A stretch of DNA of 28,671 nucleotides, taken from NCBI GenBank assembly GCA_030064955.1, contig JASJDW010000039.1:1-28671 (forward strand), read 5' to 3'. The position numbers and the translations under genes are program-made. The notes below the pieces were generated by a model. The model searched no databases, was not told where the DNA came from, and saw only the letters and a list, made by a program, of their open reading frames with translations. Source of the DNA: Crocosphaera sp. (GTDB lineage Bacteria; Cyanobacteriota; Cyanobacteriia; Cyanobacteriales; Microcystaceae). Below, piece by piece: positions 8,712 through 16,686 of the stretch (the stretch's first letter is position 1; every line of letters starts with the position of its first letter).

Positions 8712-9452
8712 TTAGCAATTATAATTTGCTTGAGATAGGGACAATTCAGGTAAAGTCCGAGCTAAAATAGTTAAAGGATCTAGAAAAATTTTTTCTTTTC
8801 TATTTTGATTCATCTGTAAATCCCAATATTTACTCAGTAAATGAATTTCTGTGCATCCGACAACAAACTTTTCTATATTATACTTGGTTTTTAAGGATTC
8901 TAAAATAGGAAAACACTCTTTTATTGTTCCTTGCACTTTAAGATGGTAAATCATTTGATGAATTATATTTTGATCTTCTTCATCCAGTAAAATTAGATAA
9001 TTTTTAGCCATTGGCCAAAATTCATGATTTTGAAAAATTTCTAATTTTTTCGTTCCTTTTGAACAAATCAAGAGATGTTTCTCTTTTTGCTTTAAAATAT
9101 CAATCATTATAATATCTATTAAAGAAATAATTCGCTTTTTAAATTCATCAGGAAGTTGCGGTAACAAGTAATGAGAAGTTATACAACAAATAATAATTTT
9201 TGAGACATTTAGTTGGCATAATTTCGAGAGAGTGTCAATTAATTTTTCCAAAAAATAATGATAATCTTGCTTAAGAAACACTTCGGTTCTATCAGGAAAA
9301 CTTGGATCAGAATAAACGATTATTTTAGGAAATTCTTGTTCTCGTTGCTTGTCAAGATTATATTCATATATTGTCTTTAAAAATTCTGCTGATGCTAAGG
9401 GGCCCATTCCCCCTAAAATTCCTATCATTTCTGATTGATTACTTTGTTTCAT
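8712..9452 (-). CDS. Aspartate/glutamate racemase family protein (McyF-like).
   Basis: ATG at 9452. The N-terminal IGILGGMGPLASAEF motif is present. The two catalytic-Cys motifs of PLP-independent Asp/Glu racemases are present: IIICCITSHY (compare PCNTAH) and VVGCTEIHLL (compare GCTE). Length is 246 aa. Confidence 0.85.
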   Translation of the reverse strand: MKQSNQSEMIGILGGMGPLASAEFLKTIYEYNLDKQREQEFPKIIVYSDPSFPDRTEVFLKQDYHYFLEKLIDTLSKLCQLNVSKIIICCITSHYLLPQLPDEFKKRIISLIDIIMIDILKQKEKHLLICSKGTKKLEIFQNHEFWPMAKNYLILLDEEDQNIIHQMIYHLKVQGTIKECFPILESLKTKYNIEKFVVGCTEIHLLSKYWDLQMNQNRKEKIFLDPLTILARTLPELSLSQANYNC

Positions 9453-9497
9453 TGATGTTATACTAAATCTGGTTATCGTAGGTTACTTATGAAGAAA

Positions 9498-9520
9498 GGC
9501 AATAGGCAATAGGCAATAGG
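9498..9520. repeat. Tandem heptamer GGCAATA x3 (plus GG). It is a STRR-like short tandem repeat in the 201-bp intergenic gap.
   Basis: Direct reading gives ggcaata (9498-9504), ggcaata (9505-9511) and ggcaata (9512-9518), then gg. Heptanucleotide tandem repeats are a known class of cyanobacterial intergenic repeat. Confidence 0.8.
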
Positions 9521-9576
9521 ATAAATAAATAAGTAGCTTTTGAGATGAGGATTTGGTATTAGTGACTGTTAAAATT

Positions 9577-9604
9577 ATCATAATTGTTTTTACTTGTTAC
9601 TCAA
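9577..9604 (-). promoter_or_regulatory. Candidate sigma70-type internal promoter (TTGAGT, 16-nt spacer, TATGAT) upstream of the racemase gene.
   Basis: The minus strand reads ttgagt (9604-9599), a 16-nt spacer, then tatgat (9582-9577). This is ~125 nt upstream of the ATG at 9452, inside the only large (201 bp) intergenic gap of the cluster. It is a motif match only, and AT-rich DNA gives such matches by chance. Confidence 0.2.
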
Positions 9605-9653
9605 CTAATTTGCTTTAAAAGCATATAAGAAATTCATGATTTCTGCTAGTGTT

Positions 9654-12600
9654 TTAGTCAAAATCTGCATTAAAACTATCTAATAATATTTTATTTTCTT
9701 CTGTGGGAGTTATGGTTATTTCTGAGAGATTCTGATTAGCATAATTGGGGACATTTTCTATTAAGGTTTGCAATTGATCAAGCAAACGACGAACGGATTT
9801 CTCTGTAAATTGCTGAGAATTATAATCAATGACAAGCAAGAAAGTTGGATATAATTCTACAGTAACCCCAAGGGAATAATTAGTCTGAGAAAAAGATTTG
9901 ACATCTACAATTTTAATTTCTCCTTGATGTAATGATGGATCAATGGGATAATTCTCTACAGTAATAAAGCTTTCAAATAATTGGCTTTCGGGCGTTATAT
10001 CACTCCATTTTTGTATCTGAACCAAAGAATTATATTGATATTCTAAACGTTCTATCTGTTCTTTTTGAAGCTGTTTAAACCAATCTAGCAGACATAACTG
10101 AGGTTGAATAGAAACGCTAACTGGAATAGTATTAATTAATAATCCTACCATAGATTCTACCCCTACTAATTCGGGTGGTCTTCCTGATACTGTTGCACCA
10201 AAAATAATCTCATCTTCTCCACTATAACGACTTAATAAAAAGGCAAAACAACCTTGAAGTACCGTATTAAGGGTTAGATGTTGAGATTGTGTCCAATTGA
10301 TTAATTTTTCGGTTATCTCCGTTGTCAGTTGACTTTGTTCTCTTGCTTGATTTTGATTGATTTGAGTATTTTTATTAGTCAGAGGAAGTTCAATTCCCCA
10401 TTGTGTCGCTTTTTTAATTCCTTTTAGGGATTGTTTCCAGAACTTTTCGGCTTTTGAATCATTGTTTTTGTTTAACCAATTAATATAGTTTTTGTAAGAG
10501 GAAACTGGTGATAATCTGACTTTCTTCTCTTGAGATAAGCTTTGATAAACGCTAAATACTTCTTGAAAAATAATGCTATTACACCACCCATCTAACAGCA
10601 GGTGATGATGACTCCAAATTAAATAATATTGATTATCAGAGAGTCGAAATAAACTCAGACGCATTAAAGGCGCATTGGCAAAAGAAAATCCTTGTTGAGC
10701 ATCAGTTTTCAGATACTTTTCTAAGGCTTTCTCTTGAGAAGATATCGATAAAAACCGCCAATCTTCTTGATACCAAGGCAAAGAAACTTCTGAGGGAATA
10801 ACTTGCAAAGGAGTTACTAAGTTTTGCCAAATAAAAGCACTTTTTAAGCTATCATGACGGTTAATAATTGTTTCCCAAGCTAAGCGAAACTTGTCCTCAT
10901 TTAAGGCACCCGAAAGGGTAAAAACTTTTTGCTGACAGTAAAGGTTAGACTCAGCTTCATAAAGACAGTGGAAAAGTAATCCTTGTTGGAGGGGAGATAA
11001 AGGATAAATATCGGCGATCGCCGGAAATTTCAGGACGATTTTGTCTAATCTTTCTTGAGTTAAATGAGCTAAAGGAAAGTCATCAGGGGTATAATTAGGT
11101 TTACTCTTAAGACAGTCGTCAATTAAAGTTTTTAAAGTATTTATGGTATCTTGCGCTAATTTTTCTATTGTTTCTGGTTGGTATTGCCGAGAATTGTAAG
11201 TCCATTCAAAACGAGTTTGACCCTCAACTACCATAACATCAAGGGTAATACTTGATGTATGCTGTCCTAAACCACTTTTTTCGCTGCCTCGATCATCAAA
11301 TAATAAAGGAAAAATAGAGTCTTCTTGGGTAAATTGACCCAGATAATTAAAACATAATTCAGGTTGTGGTAAATTACTTAATTGAGTCCCTATTTCCTTT
11401 TGCTGATTCAGATAGCGTAACATTCCATAACCGATACCTCGATTGGGAATTTGACGGAGGGTTTCTTTGACCACTTCTAGAGACTGAGAAGGAGAAAAAC
11501 AAGGATCACAAGATAATAATAAAGGAAAACGAGTTGTAAACCAGCCCAAGGTTCGGGACAGATCGATCTCCTCAAATAATTCCTCTCTACCATGTCCTTC
11601 CAACTCTACCCAGAGATAATTGTTTCCTGTCCAGCTTTGATAAGTTTGTAGTAACCCACACAGCAATAACTCATTCATTTGAGTGCGATAATGTTTGGAA
11701 ACTTTGTGCAAAGCTGCGTCTGTGTCTTTAGCATCCAGAAATACAATTACTTTCTCGATCTTTGCCTCAACTTTGCCATTTTGTTGATGAATTCGAGGCA
11801 GATAACTAGGAGAAGCAGGAAATTGGGCTAACCAATAATCTAATTCTGATAAAATACTTTCTGATTGAGCATAATCCTTTAATTTTTTTGACCAATATTG
11901 AAAAGATGTCGTTTTCGCCCCTAACTGTATGTTTTCGCCCCGTTTTACTTGGTTATAAGCTGTATGAAAGTCTTCTAACCAAATTCGCCAAGATACCCCA
12001 TCCATCAACAGATGATGAATAATCACTAATAACCGTGCGCCTCGTTTAACCCCTAAATCAAACCATACTACCCGAAATAAGGGAGGATGCTCTAAATTTA
12101 AGCTATTTTGGACTTGAGTTGCTTGGGTTGCCAGGGTGCTAGAAAGTTCTTTTTCGGGAATATTAGAGAGATCCCGTTTAATAAATGTTATTTTCTCCTT
12201 AATTTCCCCATAATACTGTATCCAACCCGATTTTTCTGGCCGAAAAGATAATTTTAAACTATCATGATGCTCAGCTAACCCTTGAATAACAGTTTCTAAA
12301 TCAGTGACAAGAACATTGGGAGGAATATCTAGGAGAATAGACATATTCCAGTGATGAAGATTAGGAAGGGAGAGTTGAAAAAACCACTGTTGAATGGGGT
12401 TTAAAGGAACTTGACCTTGATTATCTCCTATTTGTAACTTAAACGCTTCAGTTTCAATAATTTTGGCTAATGCTGCAATGGTTTGATGCTCAAATAGATC
12501 AATCGGTTTTAATTTTAAGCCCGCTAATTTAGCCCTGGCAACAATTTGAGTACCAAGAATAGAGTCTCCCCCCAACTCAAAAAAGTTATCTTCAACACCG

Positions 12601-15600
12601 ACTTGTTCAAGATGCAGAATATCTGCCCAGATTTTGGCTAAGGTTCCCTCTTGAGGAGTTCTTGGGGACACATAAGTGGTTTCTACTTGACTTCGGGTAA
12701 TTTCAGGAAGTGGTAACTTTTGTCGATCTAATTTACCGTTGGGTGTTAGGGGAATACGATCCAAAAAGACAAAGCAGTTAGGAATCATAAACTCTGGTAA
12801 GCTTTTTTGCAAAAAATTGCGTAATTCAGAAATTTTTGGCTTATTTGTGGCATAAGATACCACATAAGCCACCAGTAATTTATTTTCATCCGTTTTTTCC
12901 CTAACCATCACCCTTGTATCTCTCACTGACGGATGATTTTTTAATTTTGCTTCCACTTCTCCTAACTCAATACGAAAACCATGAAGCTTTATTTGATGAT
13001 CAATTCTTCCTAAAAATTCAATATTCCCGTCGGGAAGATAGTGTGCTAAATCACCAGTGCGGTAGAGTCGTTGTGATAACTTTATTTTAAAATTTTTGAG
13101 GTTTAATGTTGTGGTGTGACTGGTTTGCATCTTAAATTTTGCTTCTCGATTAAACCATTCACCACGGGTAATTTTTAATTTTAAGTGACTGTTTTTAACT
13201 TTTAGGGTTAACTGTTGATTAAAGGGATGAGACTGAAAACGATCTTGCGTTAAATTTGGTTGATTGAGATAGCCACGGGCTAAATTATCGCCTCCTATAT
13301 AGATTTCTCCTGGAAAACCAACCGGAACAGGACGCAATTGAGAATCTAATACAAATATTTGGGTATTTGGTAAAGGAGATCCCAAGGGAACTGAAGCAGT
13401 GCCTCTGTCTTGACTTTCTTGTGTTACTTGATAAGTGAGAACGCCTACGGTTGTTTCTGTTGGGCCATAATGGTTAACAATTTGGCAATTTGGGGCTAAT
13501 TTTTTGACCTTTTGAACTAATTCCCAAGGGGTTGTTTCACCCCCTAAGACTAAGGTTTTTTTCGGTAAAATTTGTGATGGGTTGGGACTTTCTGAGATTA
13601 ATGCTTGTAAATGACTGGGAACAATTTTTAAATAGTCAATTCCTCTTTGTTGTGATAAATAATCCTCTAATCCTAGGGGATCTGTCATATTTTCTTGAGA
13701 AATAATGTGTAAACAACCTCCATGACATAAGGAGGGGAAAATCATGGTATTCCCTAAGTCTGCCCCAAACGTAGAAATTAATCCATAACTGGCTTTTTTC
13801 GGTAACTGAAGACGGTCTATAATTCCCTGTACATAGTTAACAAGTTGTCTATGTTCGATCGCAACTCCTTTGGGTTTCCCTGTTGATCCAGAGGTATAGA
13901 TGACATAAGCTAAATTTTCTGAGGTTACCTTTATGTCTAAATTAGCTTCACTGTAATGGGAGATAACTGTTTCATCTCCATCTAAGATAACCGTTTGCGC
14001 TGCTAAGGGGGATATTATCGATTTAAGATGTTGCTGGGTGATGACTATTTGAGCTTGGCTATTGTCTACCATGAATTTTAACCGCTCATGGGGTAAAATC
14101 GGATCTAATGGGACATAAGCTCCTCCTGCTTTTAAAATTCCTAGTAATCCTATCAAGATCCAAGGTGATCGCTCAACACAAATTCCGACACAATCATCAG
14201 GTTTGACCCCTAAATGACGTAAATGATGGGCTAATTGGTTAGCTAGGGCATTAAGCTGAGAATAAGTCAGTTTTTCTTCCTCACAAATTACGGCAATGTC
14301 TTGAGGAGTCTGTTTGACTTGAGTTTCAAAAAGATGATGAATACAGGAGTCATTTAGGGAATTTTCCAAGGAATAAGAGATTAAGCTAGGATTAAATTCT
14401 AATAAAATACGTTGCTTTTCATCATCCGTTAAAAGATCTAATTCTTCTATCTTTTGAGTTGGCTTTGCACAGGCATTCATTAATAGTGTGTAATAATTTC
14501 GTAGCCAACCTTCAATAACGTCTGAAGAAAAACTTTTCGTATTGTAGTGAAATTCAATGTCAATTCCCTGAGAATATTGTTGACAAAAAACATTCAATTG
14601 ATAAGGTTGAATACAGGAAAATTCTCGGATTAATGTTCCCTTTATTTCTCCTTGAGCAGTTATTTTATTTGAGTGAAAATCAGTTTCAAATGTAATTCCA
14701 TTTCCGACAAATTTCTCAGCTTCAGGAACAAAATAGTCTTGACATTTGCTTAATTCTTGAACTTTTTGAGAGATTTGCTGACAGAATGTAATAAAATTAA
14801 GGGATGAGTCTACAGGTGTCGACATTGGCAAATATTTTGCCATTAATCCAATACTTTGTGCTAATTCTTCGTGATGACGATTACTAGACCCTAATCCTAC
14901 CGTTACCTCTTCTTCATGAGTTAGTCTTGATAAGAATATTAAAAAGCAACTTAGAAAAAAATCTTGATAAGTAATTTGATATTTTTTAGTCAAACTTTCA
15001 AATAATTGAAAGTCTTTTTGTTCAAGGGTTAAAGTAATAAACCCAGGTTGAAAATTAGCAGCAAATTCATGATTTTTTTGAAGGGTTAGGGGCATTTTTA
15101 ATTCAAAATAACCTGACGAAGTTTGCTGTTGCCAATATTCTCTTCCTTCAGCCGTTTCTGGGGATTCTAGTAACTCATTTTGCCACTCTGAAAAATCCAC
15201 ATATTGGAATGGTTCATCGATTATATTTTCTTCTCTTTTTTGTTCATGGCAAATACTAATTTCCCTGATTAAATGCCTTAAGGAAAAGCGATCAGCTAAT
15301 AAACTTGGCAAACCAATAATCAATGTCAATTCATTAGCTGAACATTGCACTAAAGCAATTTTAAAAAGGGGCATTTTTTCGAGATTTAATGGTCTTTGTA
15401 GCAGATTTTTAAAAATAGCTTCTATTTGTTCTAATTGTTTTTCTTTTGATTCTTTTTGTAAATTATATTGCTCAATGAAGGGAACATAGCTATCTCCAAT
15501 TACTTGCAGAGGAAGGGTGCTTTCTGGCAATTTATAAAAAGTTGTCCGCAAAATTTCCAAGCGTTGAATAACCATTTGCAGAGCATTCATTAATCGCTCT

Positions 15601-15731
15601 TTATCTAGGTGTCCTTCTAACAAAAATGCCCCTTGAGTTCGATAATAATTATTAGAATTCTTGTGATTTAATAACCATAGATATTTTTGCTGAGGGGAGA
15701 GGCGAAATCCTTCTATTTTTTTAGTAATCAT
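9654..15731 (-). CDS. NRPS: His-less C-like (interface-type) domain, then A(Asp code)-T-E-C(DCL-type).
   Basis: ATG at 15731. The N-terminal C-fold domain has C1 (RLSPQQKYLWLL) and C2 (RLEILRTTF) motifs, but C3 is GLPSLLADRFS instead of HHxxxDG. A domain: YTSGSTGKPKG, FGADLGNT, NHYGPTETT, YRTGDLAHY, GRIDHQIKLHG, with code DLTKVGHVGK. T domain: ELGGDSILG. E domain: PLNPIQQWFF and HHLLMDGVSWRI. Terminal C domain: DIYPLSPLQQGLLFH and SHHHLLLDGW. Confidence 0.95.
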   Translation of the reverse strand: MITKKIEGFRLSPQQKYLWLLNHKNSNNYYRTQGAFLLEGHLDKERLMNALQMVIQRLEILRTTFYKLPESTLPLQVIGDSYVPFIEQYNLQKESKEKQLEQIEAIFKNLLQRPLNLEKMPLFKIALVQCSANELTLIIGLPSLLADRFSLRHLIREISICHEQKREENIIDEPFQYVDFSEWQNELLESPETAEGREYWQQQTSSGYFELKMPLTLQKNHEFAANFQPGFITLTLEQKDFQLFESLTKKYQITYQDFFLSCFLIFLSRLTHEEEVTVGLGSSNRHHEELAQSIGLMAKYLPMSTPVDSSLNFITFCQQISQKVQELSKCQDYFVPEAEKFVGNGITFETDFHSNKITAQGEIKGTLIREFSCIQPYQLNVFCQQYSQGIDIEFHYNTKSFSSDVIEGWLRNYYTLLMNACAKPTQKIEELDLLTDDEKQRILLEFNPSLISYSLENSLNDSCIHHLFETQVKQTPQDIAVICEEEKLTYSQLNALANQLAHHLRHLGVKPDDCVGICVERSPWILIGLLGILKAGGAYVPLDPILPHERLKFMVDNSQAQIVITQQHLKSIISPLAAQTVILDGDETVISHYSEANLDIKVTSENLAYVIYTSGSTGKPKGVAIEHRQLVNYVQGIIDRLQLPKKASYGLISTFGADLGNTMIFPSLCHGGCLHIISQENMTDPLGLEDYLSQQRGIDYLKIVPSHLQALISESPNPSQILPKKTLVLGGETTPWELVQKVKKLAPNCQIVNHYGPTETTVGVLTYQVTQESQDRGTASVPLGSPLPNTQIFVLDSQLRPVPVGFPGEIYIGGDNLARGYLNQPNLTQDRFQSHPFNQQLTLKVKNSHLKLKITRGEWFNREAKFKMQTSHTTTLNLKNFKIKLSQRLYRTGDLAHYLPDGNIEFLGRIDHQIKLHGFRIELGEVEAKLKNHPSVRDTRVMVREKTDENKLLVAYVVSYATNKPKISELRNFLQKSLPEFMIPNCFVFLDRIPLTPNGKLDRQKLPLPEITRSQVETTYVSPRTPQEGTLAKIWADILHLEQVGVEDNFFELGGDSILGTQIVARAKLAGLKLKPIDLFEHQTIAALAKIIETEAFKLQIGDNQGQVPLNPIQQWFFQLSLPNLHHWNMSILLDIPPNVLVTDLETVIQGLAEHHDSLKLSFRPEKSGWIQYYGEIKEKITFIKRDLSNIPEKELSSTLATQATQVQNSLNLEHPPLFRVVWFDLGVKRGARLLVIIHHLLMDGVSWRIWLEDFHTAYNQVKRGENIQLGAKTTSFQYWSKKLKDYAQSESILSELDYWLAQFPASPSYLPRIHQQNGKVEAKIEKVIVFLDAKDTDAALHKVSKHYRTQMNELLLCGLLQTYQSWTGNNYLWVELEGHGREELFEEIDLSRTLGWFTTRFPLLLSCDPCFSPSQSLEVVKETLRQIPNRGIGYGMLRYLNQQKEIGTQLSNLPQPELCFNYLGQFTQEDSIFPLLFDDRGSEKSGLGQHTSSITLDVMVVEGQTRFEWTYNSRQYQPETIEKLAQDTINTLKTLIDDCLKSKPNYTPDDFPLAHLTQERLDKIVLKFPAIADIYPLSPLQQGLLFHCLYEAESNLYCQQKVFTLSGALNEDKFRLAWETIINRHDSLKSAFIWQNLVTPLQVIPSEVSLPWYQEDWRFLSISSQEKALEKYLKTDAQQGFSFANAPLMRLSLFRLSDNQYYLIWSHHHLLLDGWCNSIIFQEVFSVYQSLSQEKKVRLSPVSSYKNYINWLNKNNDSKAEKFWKQSLKGIKKATQWGIELPLTNKNTQINQNQAREQSQLTTEITEKLINWTQSQHLTLNTVLQGCFAFLLSRYSGEDEIIFGATVSGRPPELVGVESMVGLLINTIPVSVSIQPQLCLLDWFKQLQKEQIERLEYQYNSLVQIQKWSDITPESQLFESFITVENYPIDPSLHQGEIKIVDVKSFSQTNYSLGVTVELYPTFLLVIDYNSQQFTEKSVRRLLDQLQTLIENVPNYANQNLSEITITPTEENKILLDSFNADFD

Positions 15732-15827
15732 GGGTTATCTGAGTAAACTAAATAACTAAATTTCCTTTCTAGCTAATGGAATCAGTCATAAAATTTCAAT
15801 TGATATTTTTAAATCTTAAATAACTGA

Positions 15828-16640
15828 TTAGCTCCAATAATAAATACTTTGATTATCATGAGACACAGCTAAAAAGCCGCCTATAGTAATACGCTTTTTG
15901 CTTCCAGAGACATCTGCAACTTTATGCATAATTGTACTTCCTTTAAAGATAACCATATCTCCGACATCGGGATTAAAGAGCGTTTGAGGAGATTTATCTA
16001 AGTTCTTTTTGAGGTCAGCAAAAAACTCCTTGAGTTCTTTTTTTTCTTTATCTATTTTACTCAGAAACACATCATAAATAACTAATTCTCCTCCTAATTC
16101 TGGTTTATCAATTACTAAAAAATAACTCATGGAATCAGGTAAATCTGCTTGGGTTTTCAAATAATCATAACCAGTATTATATAAAGCTTCACTACCAGTA
16201 TGGGCAGGAATTCCACCTTGCTGTGGTTGTACAAATCGAATGGTTGCTGGCGTGTAGTAATTACCATTTTCTTGAGGGATTTTTATTTTCCTTCCTCCTG
16301 AAATTTGACTAAAAACTGATTCAACGTTTGTTTCAAAATCAGTAACAAATACCTTTTTTAAAGTGGCTCTCAAATCTTTTGATTCTTGAAAATAATCATA
16401 ATCACTCATGACTTTTTGAAATAGATTGAGTCCTATAGTTTCTCCATACATCGTAGGATGTAAGTTAGTTTGATAAAATGAAAGTTTTTGGCATACCTCA
16501 TCCATTTCTTGCTGTGAAAACACCTGTTTAATAATTATTCCATGAAGCTTTTCTTGATAAATTTGAGAGATTAAATCTTGAGAGGCAGTCAAGTCTTTTA
16601 AAGAAAGTGTAAGCCAGTTTAGTTGAGTTTGTTTGTTCAT
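15828..16640 (-). CDS. Stand-alone Fe(II)/2-oxoglutarate enzyme of the P4H-like fold. It is WelO5/AmbO5-like and has His-x-Gly in place of His-x-Asp, so it is a putative halogenase.
   Basis: ATIRFVQPQQGGIPAHTGSE aligns to the P4H-type block ending pHxD, with Gly156 where the Asp should be. This is followed by SYFLVIDKPELGGELVIYD, VGDMVIFKGSTIMHKV (distal His246) and KKRITIGGF (2OG-binding Arg). The C-terminus IGGFLAVSHDNQSIYYWS and the block YYTPATIR match my recollection of WelO5. The track start at 16661 is a TTG. The first ATG is at 16640. Confidence 0.75.
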   Translation of the reverse strand: MNKQTQLNWLTLSLKDLTASQDLISQIYQEKLHGIIIKQVFSQQEMDEVCQKLSFYQTNLHPTMYGETIGLNLFQKVMSDYDYFQESKDLRATLKKVFVTDFETNVESVFSQISGGRKIKIPQENGNYYTPATIRFVQPQQGGIPAHTGSEALYNTGYDYLKTQADLPDSMSYFLVIDKPELGGELVIYDVFLSKIDKEKKELKEFFADLKKNLDKSPQTLFNPDVGDMVIFKGSTIMHKVADVSGSKKRITIGGFLAVSHDNQSIYYWS

Positions 16641-16686
16641 AATTGTTCTTAAGTTTTTCAAGATTTTTATGGGGGTTAAACTTGTC

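Noticed and set aside
8674-8718. The TTG-initiated 15-codon extension of the A-T gene, which overlaps the racemase stop.
   Set aside because: The codon at 8716-8718 is TTG. The first ATG (8673, MDKKTHIQAWF) sits at the normal distance before the A-domain core. The longer form remains possible but is less likely.
9498-9520. The tandem repeat as a CRISPR array or a binding-site array.
   Set aside because: The units are 7 bp with no spacers and only three copies. This fits the STRR-type heptamer repeats common in cyanobacteria, not CRISPR.
13071-13220. The A-domain insertion as an embedded tailoring domain (for example MT) or an intein.
   Set aside because: Fifty residues is far too short for an MT (~400 aa) or a mini-intein (~130 aa). 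It has no SAM-binding or splicing motifs. Known embedded domains sit between A8 and A9, not A6 and A7. No convincing terminal inverted repeats were found for a MITE either.
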